NCBI RefSeq assembly: GCF_963921235.1
Contig: NC_086108.1
Span: 57,724,001-57,788,000, forward strand
DNA from: Mobula hypostoma
Lineage: Eukaryota
Reading direction: 5' to 3'
Length of the DNA stretch: 64,000 bases
A program made the translations under genes and the position numbers. The notes beneath the pieces were generated by a model, which saw only the letters and a list, made by a program, of their open reading frames with translations, did no database searches and was not told where the DNA came from. Shown piece by piece: positions 27,955 through 41,931 of the stretch. Each line of letters begins with the position of its first letter. Within the stretch, counting starts at the first letter, position 1.

Positions 27955-28812
27955 GGAAACATACAGCACAGAATCAGGCCCTTTGACCCAATGATCCAGC
28001 ACCCATCTATATAAGTTCCCTTTTCCAATACTTGATCTATAGCTCTCTATATCTTGATGATTCAAGGGCTCATCCAGATGCTTCTTAAACATTGTGACTC
28101 TCTGCCTCCATCACACTGTCAGGCAGTACATTCCAAACTCTAAATCCTGCCCACCATTGGGGAAAAAAATCTGCTTTGCATCACTATTGCTCCTTGCCTT
28201 AAACCTTTGCCCTGTGGCTATAGACACTATGCTATGGCCCTATACATACCCTTTATAGTTTAGTGCACACTCGCAGGTCCTCCTCGTACCTTTCCACTCC
28301 AAAAAATAGCAAACCAGCCCATCCAATGATAACTTAGTCACTCTATCACAGGCATATTCCTGGTGAATCTCCTCTGCTCCTTCTGCAGAATAATCACATC
28401 TTTTCAATATTCTGTTAACCAAAACTGCACTCAATATTTCAGTTAAGATTTCACCTAGGTTTTATAAATCTGTTTCATTATTTTCCTGCCTTTGTATTAT
28501 TTTATGCTCTGGTTAATAAAGACTAGCTTCCAATATACCTCTGCATCATCTCACCTATCTGTGATGTTACCTTCATGGATCTTTGGATGTACACTTGGGT
28601 CTCTCTATTCCTCAATGTCCCCTTGGGCCATGCTATTCATTGTATATGTTCAAGCCTAGTTGTCCTCACAAAATATATCACCTCATACCTTTCAGGATTA
28701 AATTCCATATGCCATAGCTGTATCTAAATTAGAAGTGATCTAGCTGTCTGTAGCCTAAGACCATCATCCTTACTGTTCATAATATAACCAGTTTTTGTCA
28801 TTTAGTGTAATC
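27955..28812 (-). mobile_element. CR1 3' fragment, continuing at about 29915-30380
   Basis: Reverse CR1 tail at 27955-28000; AAACTGCACTCAATATT (HLEYC-like) and TTAAATTCCAT (MEFN). Confidence 0.65.
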
Positions 28813-28814
28813 AT

Positions 28815-29908
28815 ATTACACTAAATTTATCCAGATGCATGGGATCCATGGTGAATTGACTATTTGGATTCTAAACTGACTTACCCATAGAAGACAGAGG
28901 GTAGTGGTTACTCTAACTGGAGGTCTGTCATTAGTGGTGTTCCACAGCGACCTATACTGGGACCTCTGCTGTTTGTGATGCATGAAAATGTAGATGGGTG
29001 GGTTAGTAAGTTTGTAGATGAAATGAAGATTGGTGTTGTGGATAGTATAGAAGACTGGTAAGAATACAGTGTGATATAGATCGGTCGCGGATACGGGCGG
29101 AGAAATGGAATGGTGACGTTTAACCCGGACAAATGTGAAATGTTGCACCTTAGCAGGTCAAATGCAAGGAGACAATGCTCTGTCAAGGACAAGACACTTA
29201 ACAGTGTTGATGAACAGAGGGATTCGGGGTCCACATTCATAACTCCCCGAAAGTGGCTACACAGATTGCTTGGCTGTTTAGGGCTTATGTGACATGGATT
29301 AGTTGGTGTAATGAGTTCAAAACTCAGCAAGTTATACTGCAGCTTTATAAACTCTAGTTAAGCAGCATCTAGAGTATTGCATTACAGTTCTTGTCACCCC
29401 ATTGTAGGAAGGATGTCAAGAATCAGCAGAGGGTGCAGAAGAGAATGCAGCCTGGATTAGAGGGCATGTATATAATGAGAGTTTGGACAAACTTGGGTTG
29501 TTTTTTCTGGACCAGCAAAGGCAGAGGGGAGATCTGATAGAGCTTTATAAGATTATGAGAGGCATAGATGCAGTAGCCAGCTAGTATCCTTTTACCAAGG
29601 TTGAAATATCTAATTCCAGAGGATATGCATTTAAGGTGAGAGATGGTAATTTCAAAGGAGATTGAGGGGCAAGATTTTACACTGAGAGAGTTGGGTACCT
29701 GGAATGTGCTGTCCAGTGTGGTGGTAAAGGCAGATACGTTAGGGACTTTTAAGAGCCGTTTAGGTAGGTATATGAATGTGAGGAAAATGGAAGGATATGG
29801 ACATTGTGTAGGCCAAAAAGATAAGTTTAGTTGGCCATTTGATTACTAATAAAATTGGTTAGGCACAATATTGTGGGCCGAAGGGCCTTTTCTGTGTTCT
29901 ATACTTCC
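28815..29908 (+). mobile_element. CR1 3' portion nested in an opposite-strand CR1
   Basis: HGIHG...WI, SGVPQ, LLFV, KFVDEMK, FNPDKCEMLH; tail CTGTGTTCTATACTT. Confidence 0.8.
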
Positions 29909-30442
29909 TACATTGACATCTTAGTCATTAATATATATAACAAACAGTTGCATTCCTAGTACTAATCTCAGTGGTACATGACTGTTCACAGTCTACCATT
30001 GACCAAAGCAATGTTCCACCATCACTCTCAATTTAATTTTATCAAGCTAGTTTTGGAACCAATTTGTCTTGGGTCCCAGGGGCTCTGATCTTTTGGACCA
30101 GCCTCCCATCTGATATTTTATTAAATGCCTTACCAGAGGCTTTATAACCGACATAATCCACACTGCCCTCCTCTACGTAGTGTTATCTCTTTGAAAAATT
30201 CAAAAGATTCTGACAGGATCTTCCACCAGCAAAACCATGCCATACTACCTCTGAAAAATCTCTGCCTTTCACAGTGTAGATTGATCCTGTCCACCAGAAT
30301 GTTTCCCAGCGAAGGCATTCCACTGACATTAGACTCATTGGCATGTGATTACCTAGCTTACACTGTGCTGAACTAAATAAGCCACGTCCTACATTTTCAT
30401 CGAAACATCGTTTTTAAACTAATGTAGCTTCCATCTTCTAAG

Positions 30443-31726
30443 CTACTTTACTTTATACTTTATTGTCGCCAGACAATTGATACTAGAACATACAATCATC
30501 ACAGCGATATTTGATTCTGTGCTTCCCGCTCCCTGGATTACAAATATTAAACATTAAAAATAGTAAAAGTTAGTAAATATAAAAATTTAAATTATAAATC
30601 ATAAATAGAAAATAGAAAAACAGGAAGTAAGGTAGTGCAAAAAAAACCAAGAGGCAGGTCCGGATATTTGGAGGGTAGGCCCAGATCTGGGTCAGGATCC
30701 GTTCAGCAGTCTTATCACAGTTGGAAAGAAGCTGTTCCCAAATCTGGCCGTACGAGTCTTCAAGCTCCTGAGCCTTCTCCCCGCAGGAAGAGGGACGAAA
30801 AGTGTGTTGGCTGGGTGGGTCGTGTCCTTGATTATCCTGGCAGCACTGCTCCGATAGCATGTGGTGTAAAGTGAGTCCACGGACGGAAGATTGGTTTGTG
30901 TGACGTGCTGCGCCGTGTTCATGATCTTCTGCAGCTTCTTTCGGACTTGGACAGGGCAACTTCCATACCAGATTGTGATGCACCCTAGAAGAATGCTTTC
31001 TACGGTGCATCTATAAAAATTAGTGAGGGTTTTAGGGGACAGGCCAAATTTCTTTAGTTTTCTCAAGAAGTAAAGGCGCTGGTGGGCCTTCTTGGCAGTG
31101 AGCTCTGCTTGGTTGGACCAAGTCAGGTCATTTGTGATATTGACCCTGAGGAACTTAAAGATTTTTACCTTTTCCACTTGTGCACCACCAACATAAATTG
31201 GGTCGTGCGGTCCGCTACTCCTTCTGAAGTCAACAACCAATTCCTTCGTCTTGCTGACCCAGGTCTTCGCACCATGCCACGAGGTTCTTAATTTCCTCTC
31301 TGTACTCAAACTTATCATTACCTGAGATATGGCCTACAATCGTTGTGTCATCAGCAAACTTATATATTGAGTTCGATGGAAACTTGGCTATGCAATCATG
31401 GGTGTACAGTGAGTACAGCAGGGGGCTGAGTACACAGCCTTGTGGGGCACCGGTGCTCAGAGTGATTGTGGAAGAGAGCTTGTCCCCTATTTTTACAGTC
31501 TGGGTCCTGTCTGTGAGGAAGTTGAAGATCCAGCTGCAGATCTGAGTGATAAGGCCCAGGTTCTGGAGCTTAGGAATCAGTTTATTTGGAATGATGGTAT
31601 TAAAGGCAGAGCTGTAGTCAATGAAAAGGAGCCTTACGTATGCGTCTTTATTCTTCAGGTGTTCTAAGGAGGAATGTAGGGCCAGAGAGATGGCATCTGC
31701 CATTGACCTGTTGCTCTGGTAGGCAA
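30443..31726 (-). mobile_element. Young 5'-truncated Rex1/Babar LINE
   Basis: ORFs 31230-31748 ([44 protein letters not shown]) and 30692-31318 joined by one frameshift; (TACTT)n-like tail at 30443-30465. Confidence 0.92.
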
Positions 31727-33079
31727 CATACTGTACTTCTTTAGCCACAGCAATATAATGAGGGAGACTCCATGATCATTGCTGTGGCTAAAGATGTATG
31801 AAGTATTAAAGGACTGTAGCCCCTGCAGTTTGCTACCCCTCCGGATGGTCTCTACTACTTCACTGCAACAATATGGTTATGATTCTGTTCAGTACTTTTA
31901 AAGAGGATCTTGAATGACTATGTCTGCAGAACCGAGAATGTGCAAACTGGATTTTGTAGATCTCACATTCAAAATAGACTTGCCTAAAAACTTTGTATAT
32001 TGTAACTACCTGCATCCAGTCGAGTGTGTTTCTTTGGGATAATGAGAAAGAGTGCGTAGAAGTGTGGATGAGAGAATGAAGCTGCTTGGGCAGAGATATA
32101 TTGCAGTTCTTGTGATGTAAAATTCTTATAACTATCCTTCATGCTGATTTTCATGACCCATTTTCTTCTGCCTTCTTTGTGACATAGCTCAGTAGTTTAG
32201 AGAAAGGTTAAAGAGATGCTAGCACATTAAGCAGCCCCAAAGACAGTTATTTTGTATGTCTGACTGCCTTTGTTTGCTGGTGTTTTTCCATTCTCAAACC
32301 ATTAAATCAACAAACAGCATTGGATACTGACATTTTGCTTTTCAGAGATTCCACAGTTTTATAGAATATTTGGGAATCCATTATCAGTTGCCCGAGTTTT
32401 GTTCTGAATTTGATCTCTTTCCCTGTGAGAGATAAGACCAGGAAATTGCGGAGAAGGATGCTAAATATTTAATTGAAGAGTTTGACACACTCTATATAAT
32501 GAACAAAAGACAGATGAAGTGTGTTTTGGATATGTTGAAGCAGATGGCACCGGATAGGGGAGGGAGTCAGAGGGTGAAAGTGCTTTTTTGATCCATTGCC
32601 AAGTATAGACCATTCGCTGGTTTTGTACCTCAGTGTTCACATTTCCACCTTTTCTAAACCTAATTTAAGGCTGATTAATCAGAGATGTTAACTGTTTCTT
32701 TTCTACAGATCCCACCTGACCTGATCAACAGTTGAGCCTTTTAGTTTTATTACACTTTTACAGGATCCATAATATTTTTTCCTGTGGTTATCATGATTAT
32801 GTACGTATTAGAACTCCTTCATGTCAAAGAATTAGTTAATTCTTTAGAAATCTGATAATGATGTTTTCCATGAATTTCGTGCTCCTGACTCCAAATAATG
32901 CTTCCAACTTGAAATACAAAAGTTGCAGGAGATCATTCAGACCAAGTTCCCAAAATATGATCCTGCTCCTCCGATTTTTTGCTTCCCATCCTGAACTTCT
33001 AAATCCAGTGATGCTGTTTGTCCAAGTGGCCATTCACATGTGACAAACAGATTGAGGACAAGAGGAAATTGAAGCTGAG

Positions 33080-35990
33080 TCAGATTTATCATCACTGAGA
33101 AGCATGATGTGAATTTCTTTGTGTTGTGGCTGCAGTACAGTATAAAGACATAATTACAAAATATAATGTTAAAAAAAGGAATAACAAGGAATTCAAGTGT
33201 CAAGAAAATGTATCTCAAGGTTGGATATGGTGATATGTAAATGTACTTTGATAACAAATTTACTTTGAACTTTGTGTATATGGATTGTTTAGAAATCAGA
33301 AGGAAGAAGCTTTTCCTAAATTGTTGTTGTGGGTCTTCAGGCTTCTGTACTTCTCTGATGGTAGTGACATGAAGTGGACATGCCCTGTTGGTCATAGTGA
33401 TTGAGGCATCGCCTCTTGGAGATGTCCTCAGTGGTGGGGATGGTTGTGCCTGTGATGGGTCTGGCTAAATCTACAATCTCTTGCTGTCTCTTGTGACCAT
33501 GTACATTGGGATCTCCGTACCAGACTGTGATGCAACCAGTCAGAATGCTTACCAGCATACATCTGTGCAAATTTGTACATGACTTTGGTGACACACCAAA
33601 CCTCCTCAAACTCCTAACAAAGTAGAGTTGCGGCTCTGCTGCCTTCATGATTGTATCATTGTGTTGGCCCAGGATAATTCCTCTCAGATGTTGACGCATG
33701 GGAACTTGAAGCTGCTCACCTTTTCCGTCATCTATCCCACAATAGGGCCGGTGTGTGTTTATTCTATTTTCTATTTTTATTTTTATTTTTATTTAGAGAT
33801 ACAGCATGGAATAGGCCCTTCCTGCCCTATGAGTTGCTCTACCCAGCAACGCCGGACAACTCTGATTTAATCACGGGACAATTTACAGTGAGCAATTAAT
33901 GTAGCCACTGAGTCTTTGGACTGTGGGAGGAAACCAGAGCACTTAGGGAAATCCCATGCATTCTCTCAATTTTCCCTTCCTGAAATCCACAGTCAGTTCC
34001 TTGGTCTTGCGATGTTGAATGTAAGGTTACTGTTGTCACACCACTCAACCAGCCGATCTATCTCACTCCAGTATGCTGCCTTGTCACCATCTGAGATCTT
34101 ACCAACAACAGTCATATCATCTGTGAACATATGTATGGTATTTCAGCTGGGCTTAGTCACACAGTCACGAGTGCAGAGAGCGTAGAGCAATGGGCCAAGC
34201 ATGCACCTTTGAGGTGTGCTTGTGTTGATCGACAGTGTGGAAGAAATGTTATTATCAATCCATACTGACTTCAGTTTCCCAATAAGGGCGTTGATGATCC
34301 AGTTGCAGAGCAAGGTACAGAGGTCCAGGTTTTCAAGCTTGGTGATTAAAACTGAAGGGATGATGGTGTGGAATGTTGACCTGTACTAACTGTAAATAAC
34401 AGATTGATGCATGTTTTGCTGTTGTTTAAGTTACCCCAAATCAGAGTGAAAAGCTAGTGTGATTGCATCCACTGTGGGTCTGTTGTGGTGATACGGAAAA
34501 TTGCAGCAGGTCTGGACTTCTTACTCAAGCAGGAGTTAATGACCAATCTCTCAAAGCACTTCATCACAGTAGTTATTGAGTTAGCTCACACTGTTCTTTT
34601 GAGGGCACCGGAATGAGTGCTGTCCTTTTGAAGCAGGTGGGGACCTCAGGCTGCTGCAGTAAGAGGTTGAAGTTGCCTTTGAACACCCAGCCAGTTGATC
34701 AGTGCAGTTTTTCAGTATCCAGCAAGGTACTCCATCAGGGCCTGATGCCTTGTGAGGGTTCACTCTCTTGTAGGATATTCTGACACCAGCCTCTGTGACA
34801 GGGATCACAGGATTGCTGGATGCCTTGGGGATTCATACAAGTGTGGTGTAATTCTCTTTTCAGAATCTGCATAAATAGCGTTGAGCTTATTGGGGAGGGA
34901 AGCACCACTGACATTTATGCTGTTAGGTTTCACCTTATAGGAAGTAATGTCATACAAACCCTGCCACTGCTGATATGCATCCGATTGTGTCTCTAATTTC
35001 ACAAGGAAATGCCTGTTTGATCTTATGATTGCCTTCTTTAGGATTCTGATTGCCAGAATGAATGCCACAGATCGAACTCTCGGCAGGCTGAGAATCTCCT
35101 TGGTCATTCAGGGCTTCTGATTTGGGAAAACCTGGTATGTTTTCTAAGACACAATCTATCCATGCTAGTTCTGATGAAATTGGTGAAGCTGACTTGGTGA
35201 ATATGGTCCAGTCCACTGGTTCAGAACAATCCTGTAAATGCTTCTTGACCAGGTCTTTACCACGAGTGCCGTGGTCTTCAGTCCCTGCCTATATGCAAGG
35301 ATTAGAAGTGCAGCCAAGTAACTTGTTAAAGTGTGGGTCTGGTATGGCACAATAAGTGTTTTCGATGGTGATATAAAAGCAACTGAGTGTGTTGGCTCTT
35401 CTGGTCCACAAATGATGTTGATGGTTTTGGTCAGAAACTTCTCCAAGCTAGTCTGGTTGAAGTCTCCTGCAATGACCGGGAGGAGATCAGGGTGTGGTGT
35501 CTCATGACTGCCGATATCGGTGTTAAACCCCTCCTTGACATCTGGAAGGAGTGGAATGTATGTTACTACCATGATGGCAGCAGACAGCTCCTTCAACAGG
35601 TAGAGTAGATGACACCTGATCACTAAATGTTTCAGGTCAGGGGAGAAGGAGTGAGACAGAAATGCCACATCTGTGGACCACAATGAGTTAATCGTGAAGC
35701 AAAGTCTGCCATGTTTGCCTTCACCTGATGCCACCATCCAGTTCATACAATGGATGGCAAAGCCATCAGGATATAACATTGTGTCTGGATTGCTGGACGT
35801 GAGCCTTGTCTCTATGAAGCAGAGAACACAGCTGTCCCTGATGTCCCTCTAGTACTGCACTCTTGCTCTGAGCTCCAGAGACTGTACACTAGCCAGGAGG
35901 ATAGTAGGGAAGTGAGGGAGGGGTTATCTTGGGGCCCTATCCTTTAGCTTTACCTGAAGTCTTCCATGTAGCTCTGTTTTCTGAGACAAT
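33080..35990 (-). mobile_element. Long decayed Rex1/Babar LINE including APE domain
   Basis: VIAGDFNQ (ORF 35165-35779), HKASGPDGVP, SILTGCITVWYG; family 3' tail near 33080-33300. Confidence 0.8.
33770..33965 (-). mobile_element. HE1/V-SINE fragment inserted in the Rex1/Babar copy
   Basis: TCTTTGGACTGTGGGAGGAAACC and ACAATTTACAGTGAGCAATTAA are reverse matches to the SINE at 351-625; (TTTTTA)n tail. Confidence 0.7.
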
Positions 35991-36049
35991 AGAGACCTCC
36001 TCTGAGCTTTCAGCAGAAGTTGTACTTGAAGCAAGCATGATGTTCTCCT

Positions 36050-37050
36050 CCGTTTCCTGAACATCTGCATTCACACCATCTTCTTACTGTCATAGTGATA
36101 GAGTTCCCCTTGACCTTACCTACCACCCCATCAACCTCTGCATCCAACATATCATATTCCACAACCTCCGCCATCTCCAACCTATCTTTACCTACTCACC
36201 CACCCCACCCCCCCAACTTTCCTCAGGGATCACTTTCTCTGCAATTCCCTTGTCCATTCACTAATCTCCCTCCTGGGTGCTTATCCCTGCAAGCGACCTA
36301 AATGCTACACCTGCCCACTCCCCTCCTCCCTCCCCTCCATTCAGGGCCCCAAGCAGTCCTTCCAGGTGAGGCAGTACTTCACCTGAGAATCTGCTGGGGT
36401 TACTTATTGTGCCCAGCCCTCCCGATATGGCTTCTTCTACATTGTTGAGACCAATTGTAAATTGAGGGACCGCTTTGTTGAGCTCCTCCACTCCATCCGC
36501 CACAAGCAGAACTTCCTGTTGCAAACATTTTAATTCTGATTCGCATTCCTGTTCTTGTACCAAGATTAGGCACTGTCACGGTGGAGGAGCAACAACTTTT
36601 ATTCTTTCTGGTTAGCTTCCAATCTGATGACATGAATATTGATTTCTCCAAGTTTAAAAAATAATCCCCCCCACCCCGCCTCCGCTCTTCCTCTATTCCT
36701 CACTCTGACCTTTCACCGATTCTCACCTACCAATCACTTCCTCCTGGGTCCCCTCCTCCATCCCTTTCTCTTACAGGCCACTCTCCTCTCCTATCAGATT
36801 CCTTCTTCTCCAGCCCTTGACCTTTCTCATGCACCTGGTTTCACCCGCCATCTTCCAGCTGGCCTTCTTCCCCTCCCCCCACCCTTTTATTCTGGTGTCA
36901 TCTCCTTTCCTTCTCAGTCCTGAAGAAGGGTCTAGGCCTGAAATGTCGACTCTTTATTCATTTCTACTGATGCTGCTTGACCTGTTGAGTTCCTCCAGCA
37001 TTTTGTATGTGTAGCTTTGGATCTCTAGCATCTCCGGATATTATTGTGTT
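36050..37050 (+). mobile_element. Decayed Penelope-like element 3' half with pseudo-LTR
   Basis: Colinear with 44570-45527 (CAGGGCCCCAAGCAGTCCTTCCAGGTGAGG, CTACATTGTTGAGACC, GGAGGAGCAACA). Confidence 0.85.
36916..36951 (+). ncRNA. Minimal type I hammerhead ribozyme motif
   Basis: AGTC-CTGAAGA-AGGGTCTAGGCCT-GAAA-TG-TC-GACT; catalytic core intact, stem III palindrome altered (CG>TG). Confidence 0.65.
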
Positions 37051-38779
37051 TATAAACTTTCATAAGTTATCAAAGCAAAATGGAATGCAAATAATGGTGT
37101 ACGTCCCAAGCAGGTTGAGGAAAGTTGAAATTAGAGATACCTGGGCTATTGGTGCAAAATGTATGTTACTGTATACAAAAGTAAGGGGAGTCTGCAATAG
37201 GGTAAATAATAAGAAATTTCTCTTCTAAGCAGAAATGGTAAAACTCGAGGGCAGGTTAAAGGATCTGAGGAAGGATGTTTTTAACTGAGGTGACTGGAAT
37301 CTGGAATGCATTTTCTAAGGGTGTATTGGAGGCAGAGACTGTGACAAATCTAAGTATCTAGATGAGAACTTGCATTTTCAAAGAATAGGTCAAAAGCCAA
37401 GCCTGGAAAATGCAGACTGGTTGTGTTACCTTTCCTGAAAAGGCAAAGGATAGCTTTATCCTAATCACAGTTCAGTTGTCTAACTCAGCATAAATTGGAT
37501 CCTGTTTGACTGGATCCTTTCTGATCTCAGCTCACACCACAACTTTTTTGAGGTAGGAGGATGGGGGAAGCAGAACTTCTGTGATATTGCCCCTGAACTT
37601 TCTAAAGTTTTCAACTCCATTTGACATAAGCTGCTTGCTTCATAGTTGCACATATAATTTTACTGTTCATGGCACCAAAATGAAATCCAAGCAGTCCCAG
37701 GGAGTTTTCCTCATGACTGCTGGGTTTCTTCCACGTCTATGGTTTCTTTGGATATCCCAAACATGCTGGTTGTTAAGTTATTTAGCTACTGCAATTTCTT
37801 CCAGTATAAGTGGATTACAGAAGTAGCAGGGTCGAAGTAGGTATTGGTTACTCTTGCGCTACAATGGTCTGGTATTTTTTGCACTAATGTCTTGTTTTGC
37901 AGTCTTCTTCACTGATTTGTATTATTGATGTACTGTATAATTTGTGTTCTGTGTGTCTCTAAGTACCACTTGTATCTCTCCATACTTGTGTATATCACAG
38001 CAAACTCAACTTACAGGGGAACAGGAGGAATGGAATTAATGGCATTGCTCCAAGTGTGGCATTGACTAGGTTGAATGGTTTCTTTCTATTTCAGAATGCA
38101 TATGAGAATATTGAATATATTTTCCCATGTTTAGGTTTAAGAAAAAAAGGTCTAAATTACCATATTTAGACAACTGTAATCAGTAACAAAATACTGAGGT
38201 AATCCGGATAGTTGGGGATACGCACATATGCCAGAATCAGTCAGCATCTGTTCCTCAGTTTTAAAATATTGTTTTGCATTTGGAGTGTGATAGATGCATA
38301 CTCTAAATTACTATGTGGTAGAAGCAAATGTTGGCATTTATATCAATGGATCTCCCATGTTGCTGTCCATAAAATCTTGCAAGATGTTGATCAAGAACTT
38401 TTATTCTACTTTTTGTATAATTTCAGCATATAACCAGTGGGGGTAATTTTGGGAGTAAATGAGAAATAACTTGTTTATGCCATAACTGATCCAGTTAAGT
38501 TTCCTGGTTCTTTTTGTCCTTCTCTGCTATTTGCCTGCAAACATTGAGTGAATCCATTTACATATATTAAAATGAAATCAATTGTGCAACAATCTGTCTG
38601 CACAGGCTTGAATTTGCTTTTGACAGTATGAGAACAATAGGACATTTTGAGCAGCTTGCAGTGAGCACTTTCCAACAGCAGATAATCATGGAAGACCATA
38701 AGGAGGGATAACATGGAGCAGAGGAGAGTCATTTAAATTTTCAAGCAGTTCAACTCTATTAAATTTTTCCTTATGATAG

Positions 38780-41700
38780 GGTTGTGCATTTAATGCTTAA
38801 TCAATAGTTGAGTAATATTGTAAATATATTGTTGGATTAAGCATTCTTTGTTGTTTGAATAATTCATTACGGATTATATGTAAAATTACATGCATGGTAT
38901 ACGTCATCACACCACCATGACATGCATACCTTGCTAAAAGTAAAACTGAAACTAAGACATAGCCAGCTCTGTGTTGCCTTTCAATTAGTATTTTGAAGCA
39001 AATGAAACAGCCATTGAGGAGTGAGTGCTGGCTCTGCTGAGGGCATTGCACTTAAAGGCATACAGTTTGCTTAGTAGCTGACTGCTCCAACCAAACCAGC
39101 AGAAATGAGCTGAGCTAATATCGTGAAAGTAATGCAGGAACATTTAGAACCAAAGCCATTGTTGATTGCAGAATGCTTTAGGTTTCAAAAGCAGAATCAA
39201 AAGGAAGGGGAGTCCATTTCAGGGTGTACATAGTTGAATTAAAGAGATTGTTTAAGCATTGTCAGTGATAGGCTTAATGATGCGCTGAGAGATCATTTAG
39301 TTTGTGGAATCTTACAAGAAAACATTCAAAAACTGATAATTGAATAGCAAGCAACTTGCATTTAAAAGAGCAGTTGGAACAACTGTATCAATAGAAAGAG
39401 CAGACAGAGATGCAATTGAGTCACTGTCAGGAATGGAAATGAGCGTGAGCGAAATTGCAACATTTAAACCGGCCTGGCTGAACAAATTGTCTTACTGTTG
39501 TGGCAGGGGCTCATATACACTAGACCAATGAGATTTAAAGGCCAAGCACAGAAAATGTAACAGAGCAGGATGCATACAAAGAACGTATTGGGCAGACAAA
39601 AGTAAATGGACTGTACAGGGAAGAGAAAAAGTTAAAAAGTCAAGTTGCATTTTCAAAATGAGCATCGATCTGCATGCTGTTAATGAAGAATCTGATAATG
39701 ATCCGAGTGACACAGGACTGAGTAGCCCTGAGAATTACCATGTGAAAACTAAGGAGAGACGAGCAATATGGCTTACTCCAGAAATGAATGGCAAGTTAAT
39801 TGAAATGGAATTGGACACTGCCTCGGCTGTTTCAGTCATCTCACAAAATGAATTTTAATGCCATTTCAAAGATACTGAGCTGAAGCCTGTAGATATCCAA
39901 CTAAGAATTTATACCGGAGAAAAGACAGATACTATGGGAATGAAATTTGTAACAGTGAAGTACAACAACCAACAAGCCACATTAGGCTTGTATGTAGTAA
40001 AAACAGGAGGGCAGCATTGTAGGGTCGTGATTGGCTGTGAGAACTGTGACTTGATTGGAGATCCATCCATCATTTGCGTGCCACATCCCCTGCAATTGAG
40101 TCAACTGAAAGCAAATTAAGAAAGGTGATGCCACAACAGTATTCAAGGATAGCATTGGAAGAACTGAACCATATCAAGGGTAAAATAATGTCAAATGAGA
40201 ATGCCACTCCCAAGTTTAACAAAGCCCGCCTAGTTCCTTATACCATCACCAGTGGTCCCAGTATCCAAAAAGAATGGTTCTGTGATGATTTTAAGGTCAC
40301 TATCAACCAAGTACTGAAAGTAGAACAATAGTCTCTGCCCAAGATAGAGGATATCTTTTCAAACCTTTTTGGAGGGAAACATTTTAGCAATATGGACTTA
40401 GCTGAGGCCTACCTACAGATGGAGATGGAAGAAGATTCAAAAGTGTTTCTCACCACAATGGCTTTTTTCGCATTCATAAGGTTATTTTTCAGGTAGCATC
40501 TGCACCTGTACTCTGGCAGAAAGCAATGGGCCAGCTGTAGCAAGGCTGACCAAACATCATTGTTACCTGGATGATATCATTGTTAACAGTGAGGATGACA
40601 AGGAACTTCTCCAAAATCTCATGACATGTTAAAAAGATTAGAAGATTATCGGCTCAGAGTGCAATGCCACAAGTGTGAATTCTTTAAACTTACTGTGATC
40701 ACACCATTGACGCACAGGGATTACAAAAATATGCTGAAAAAATTGAAGTAGTGGTGGATGCCCCAAGGACGTGTCACAGTTGCAGTCCTTGTTAGGATTT
40801 GAGAATTACTATAACAGGTTCCTGCCAAACCTGGCTACAGTGCTCCACCCCTTGAACTCATAACTAGAGACTGAGAGGAAATCACAATGGATAAAGCAGT
40901 GTGAGGTGGCTTTCAAAAAGGTAAAGGAAATGGTGACGTCAGCCTCTATACTCAGATATAATGATCCACATTGTACAGTGAAGGTTAACTTCGCCTCACC
41001 TCACCATATGGTACACGTGCAATCATGTCAGATGTTATGAAAGTGAACACCCCATAACCTTTGCATCATGCTCCCTTACCACTGCAGAGAAAAGTTCGAC
41101 ACAGATCGACAGGGGGGCCTTGAGTCTGGTTTGGGGTGTAAAATGTTTCAACCAGTGCTTGTACAGGAGAGAATTTACCCTCGTTACTGATCATCAGCCA
41201 CTAGTGTCTATTTTTAATCCACAGGAGGTTGTTCTACTAACAGTAGCAGCGTGAATGCAGAAATGGGCTCTGTTTCTTGGGGGGGGCGGGTGCATAATTC
41301 CCAAATCAAATTCAAAAAGATAATTAATCATGAAAATGCTGATATTGGAAAAAGGAGAAGAAAGGTGTCCATAGCTGTCAGGACTACCTCCTGCAGGCCC
41401 AGATTCAACTCCTACAGCCACCTTAGAGGATGACCTGGAACCTGAGATTGTTTCACAGCCACAAGTCTCAGCTGCCAAGCAGAGTGACCTCCACCCCCAC
41501 CCTTGTCAGGAAAGATGAGTAAGAAAACATCCATAGCAATTAACTCTTTAGGACTGAATGGGACAAGTTAAAATTTACTTCGCTGTGGATGTCTATGTAG
41601 TAGTATTTCATAGTATATTGTATATATGGTATATGTGTATAAGTTGAAATGCATTCTATATTGAGTTGGAGCTTATAGCTAAGCAATGAGGAGTGCTCTG

Positions 41701-41931
41701 TATTTAATACTTTAGTATTATTTGAGTAATATTGGAAATATTGTTTGTTTAACCTTGTTTAAATAATTCATTATGCGTTGTACGTAGAAGTACATGCATG
41801 CCATACATCATCATGCTATTACATCATATGTGCATGCCTTGCTGAAAGTTAAAACAAAACTAAGACACTCATTCCCTGCTCTGCATTTCCCTTCAATTGG
41901 TTTTTATGTTTTGAAGTTACAAAGTATAACG
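38780..41931 (+). mobile_element. Decayed Ty3/Gypsy LTR retrotransposon (gag-PR-RT-RH, integrase largely deleted)
   Basis: Diverged LTRs at about 38780-39010 and 41694-41931; purine tract before the 3' LTR; QKEGESI (gag), CCGRGSY knuckle remnant, MELDTASAVS (protease), YLDDII near 40564 (RT), FTLVTDHQPL near 41173 (RNase H). Confidence 0.88.

Noticed and set aside
32440..32592. Open frame EIAEKDAKYLIEEFD...VLDMLKQM
   Set aside because: No good splice sites, and it resembles decayed CR1 ORF2
32836..33043. Overlapping short ORFs on both strands
   Set aside because: No recognisable motif or splice-site pair
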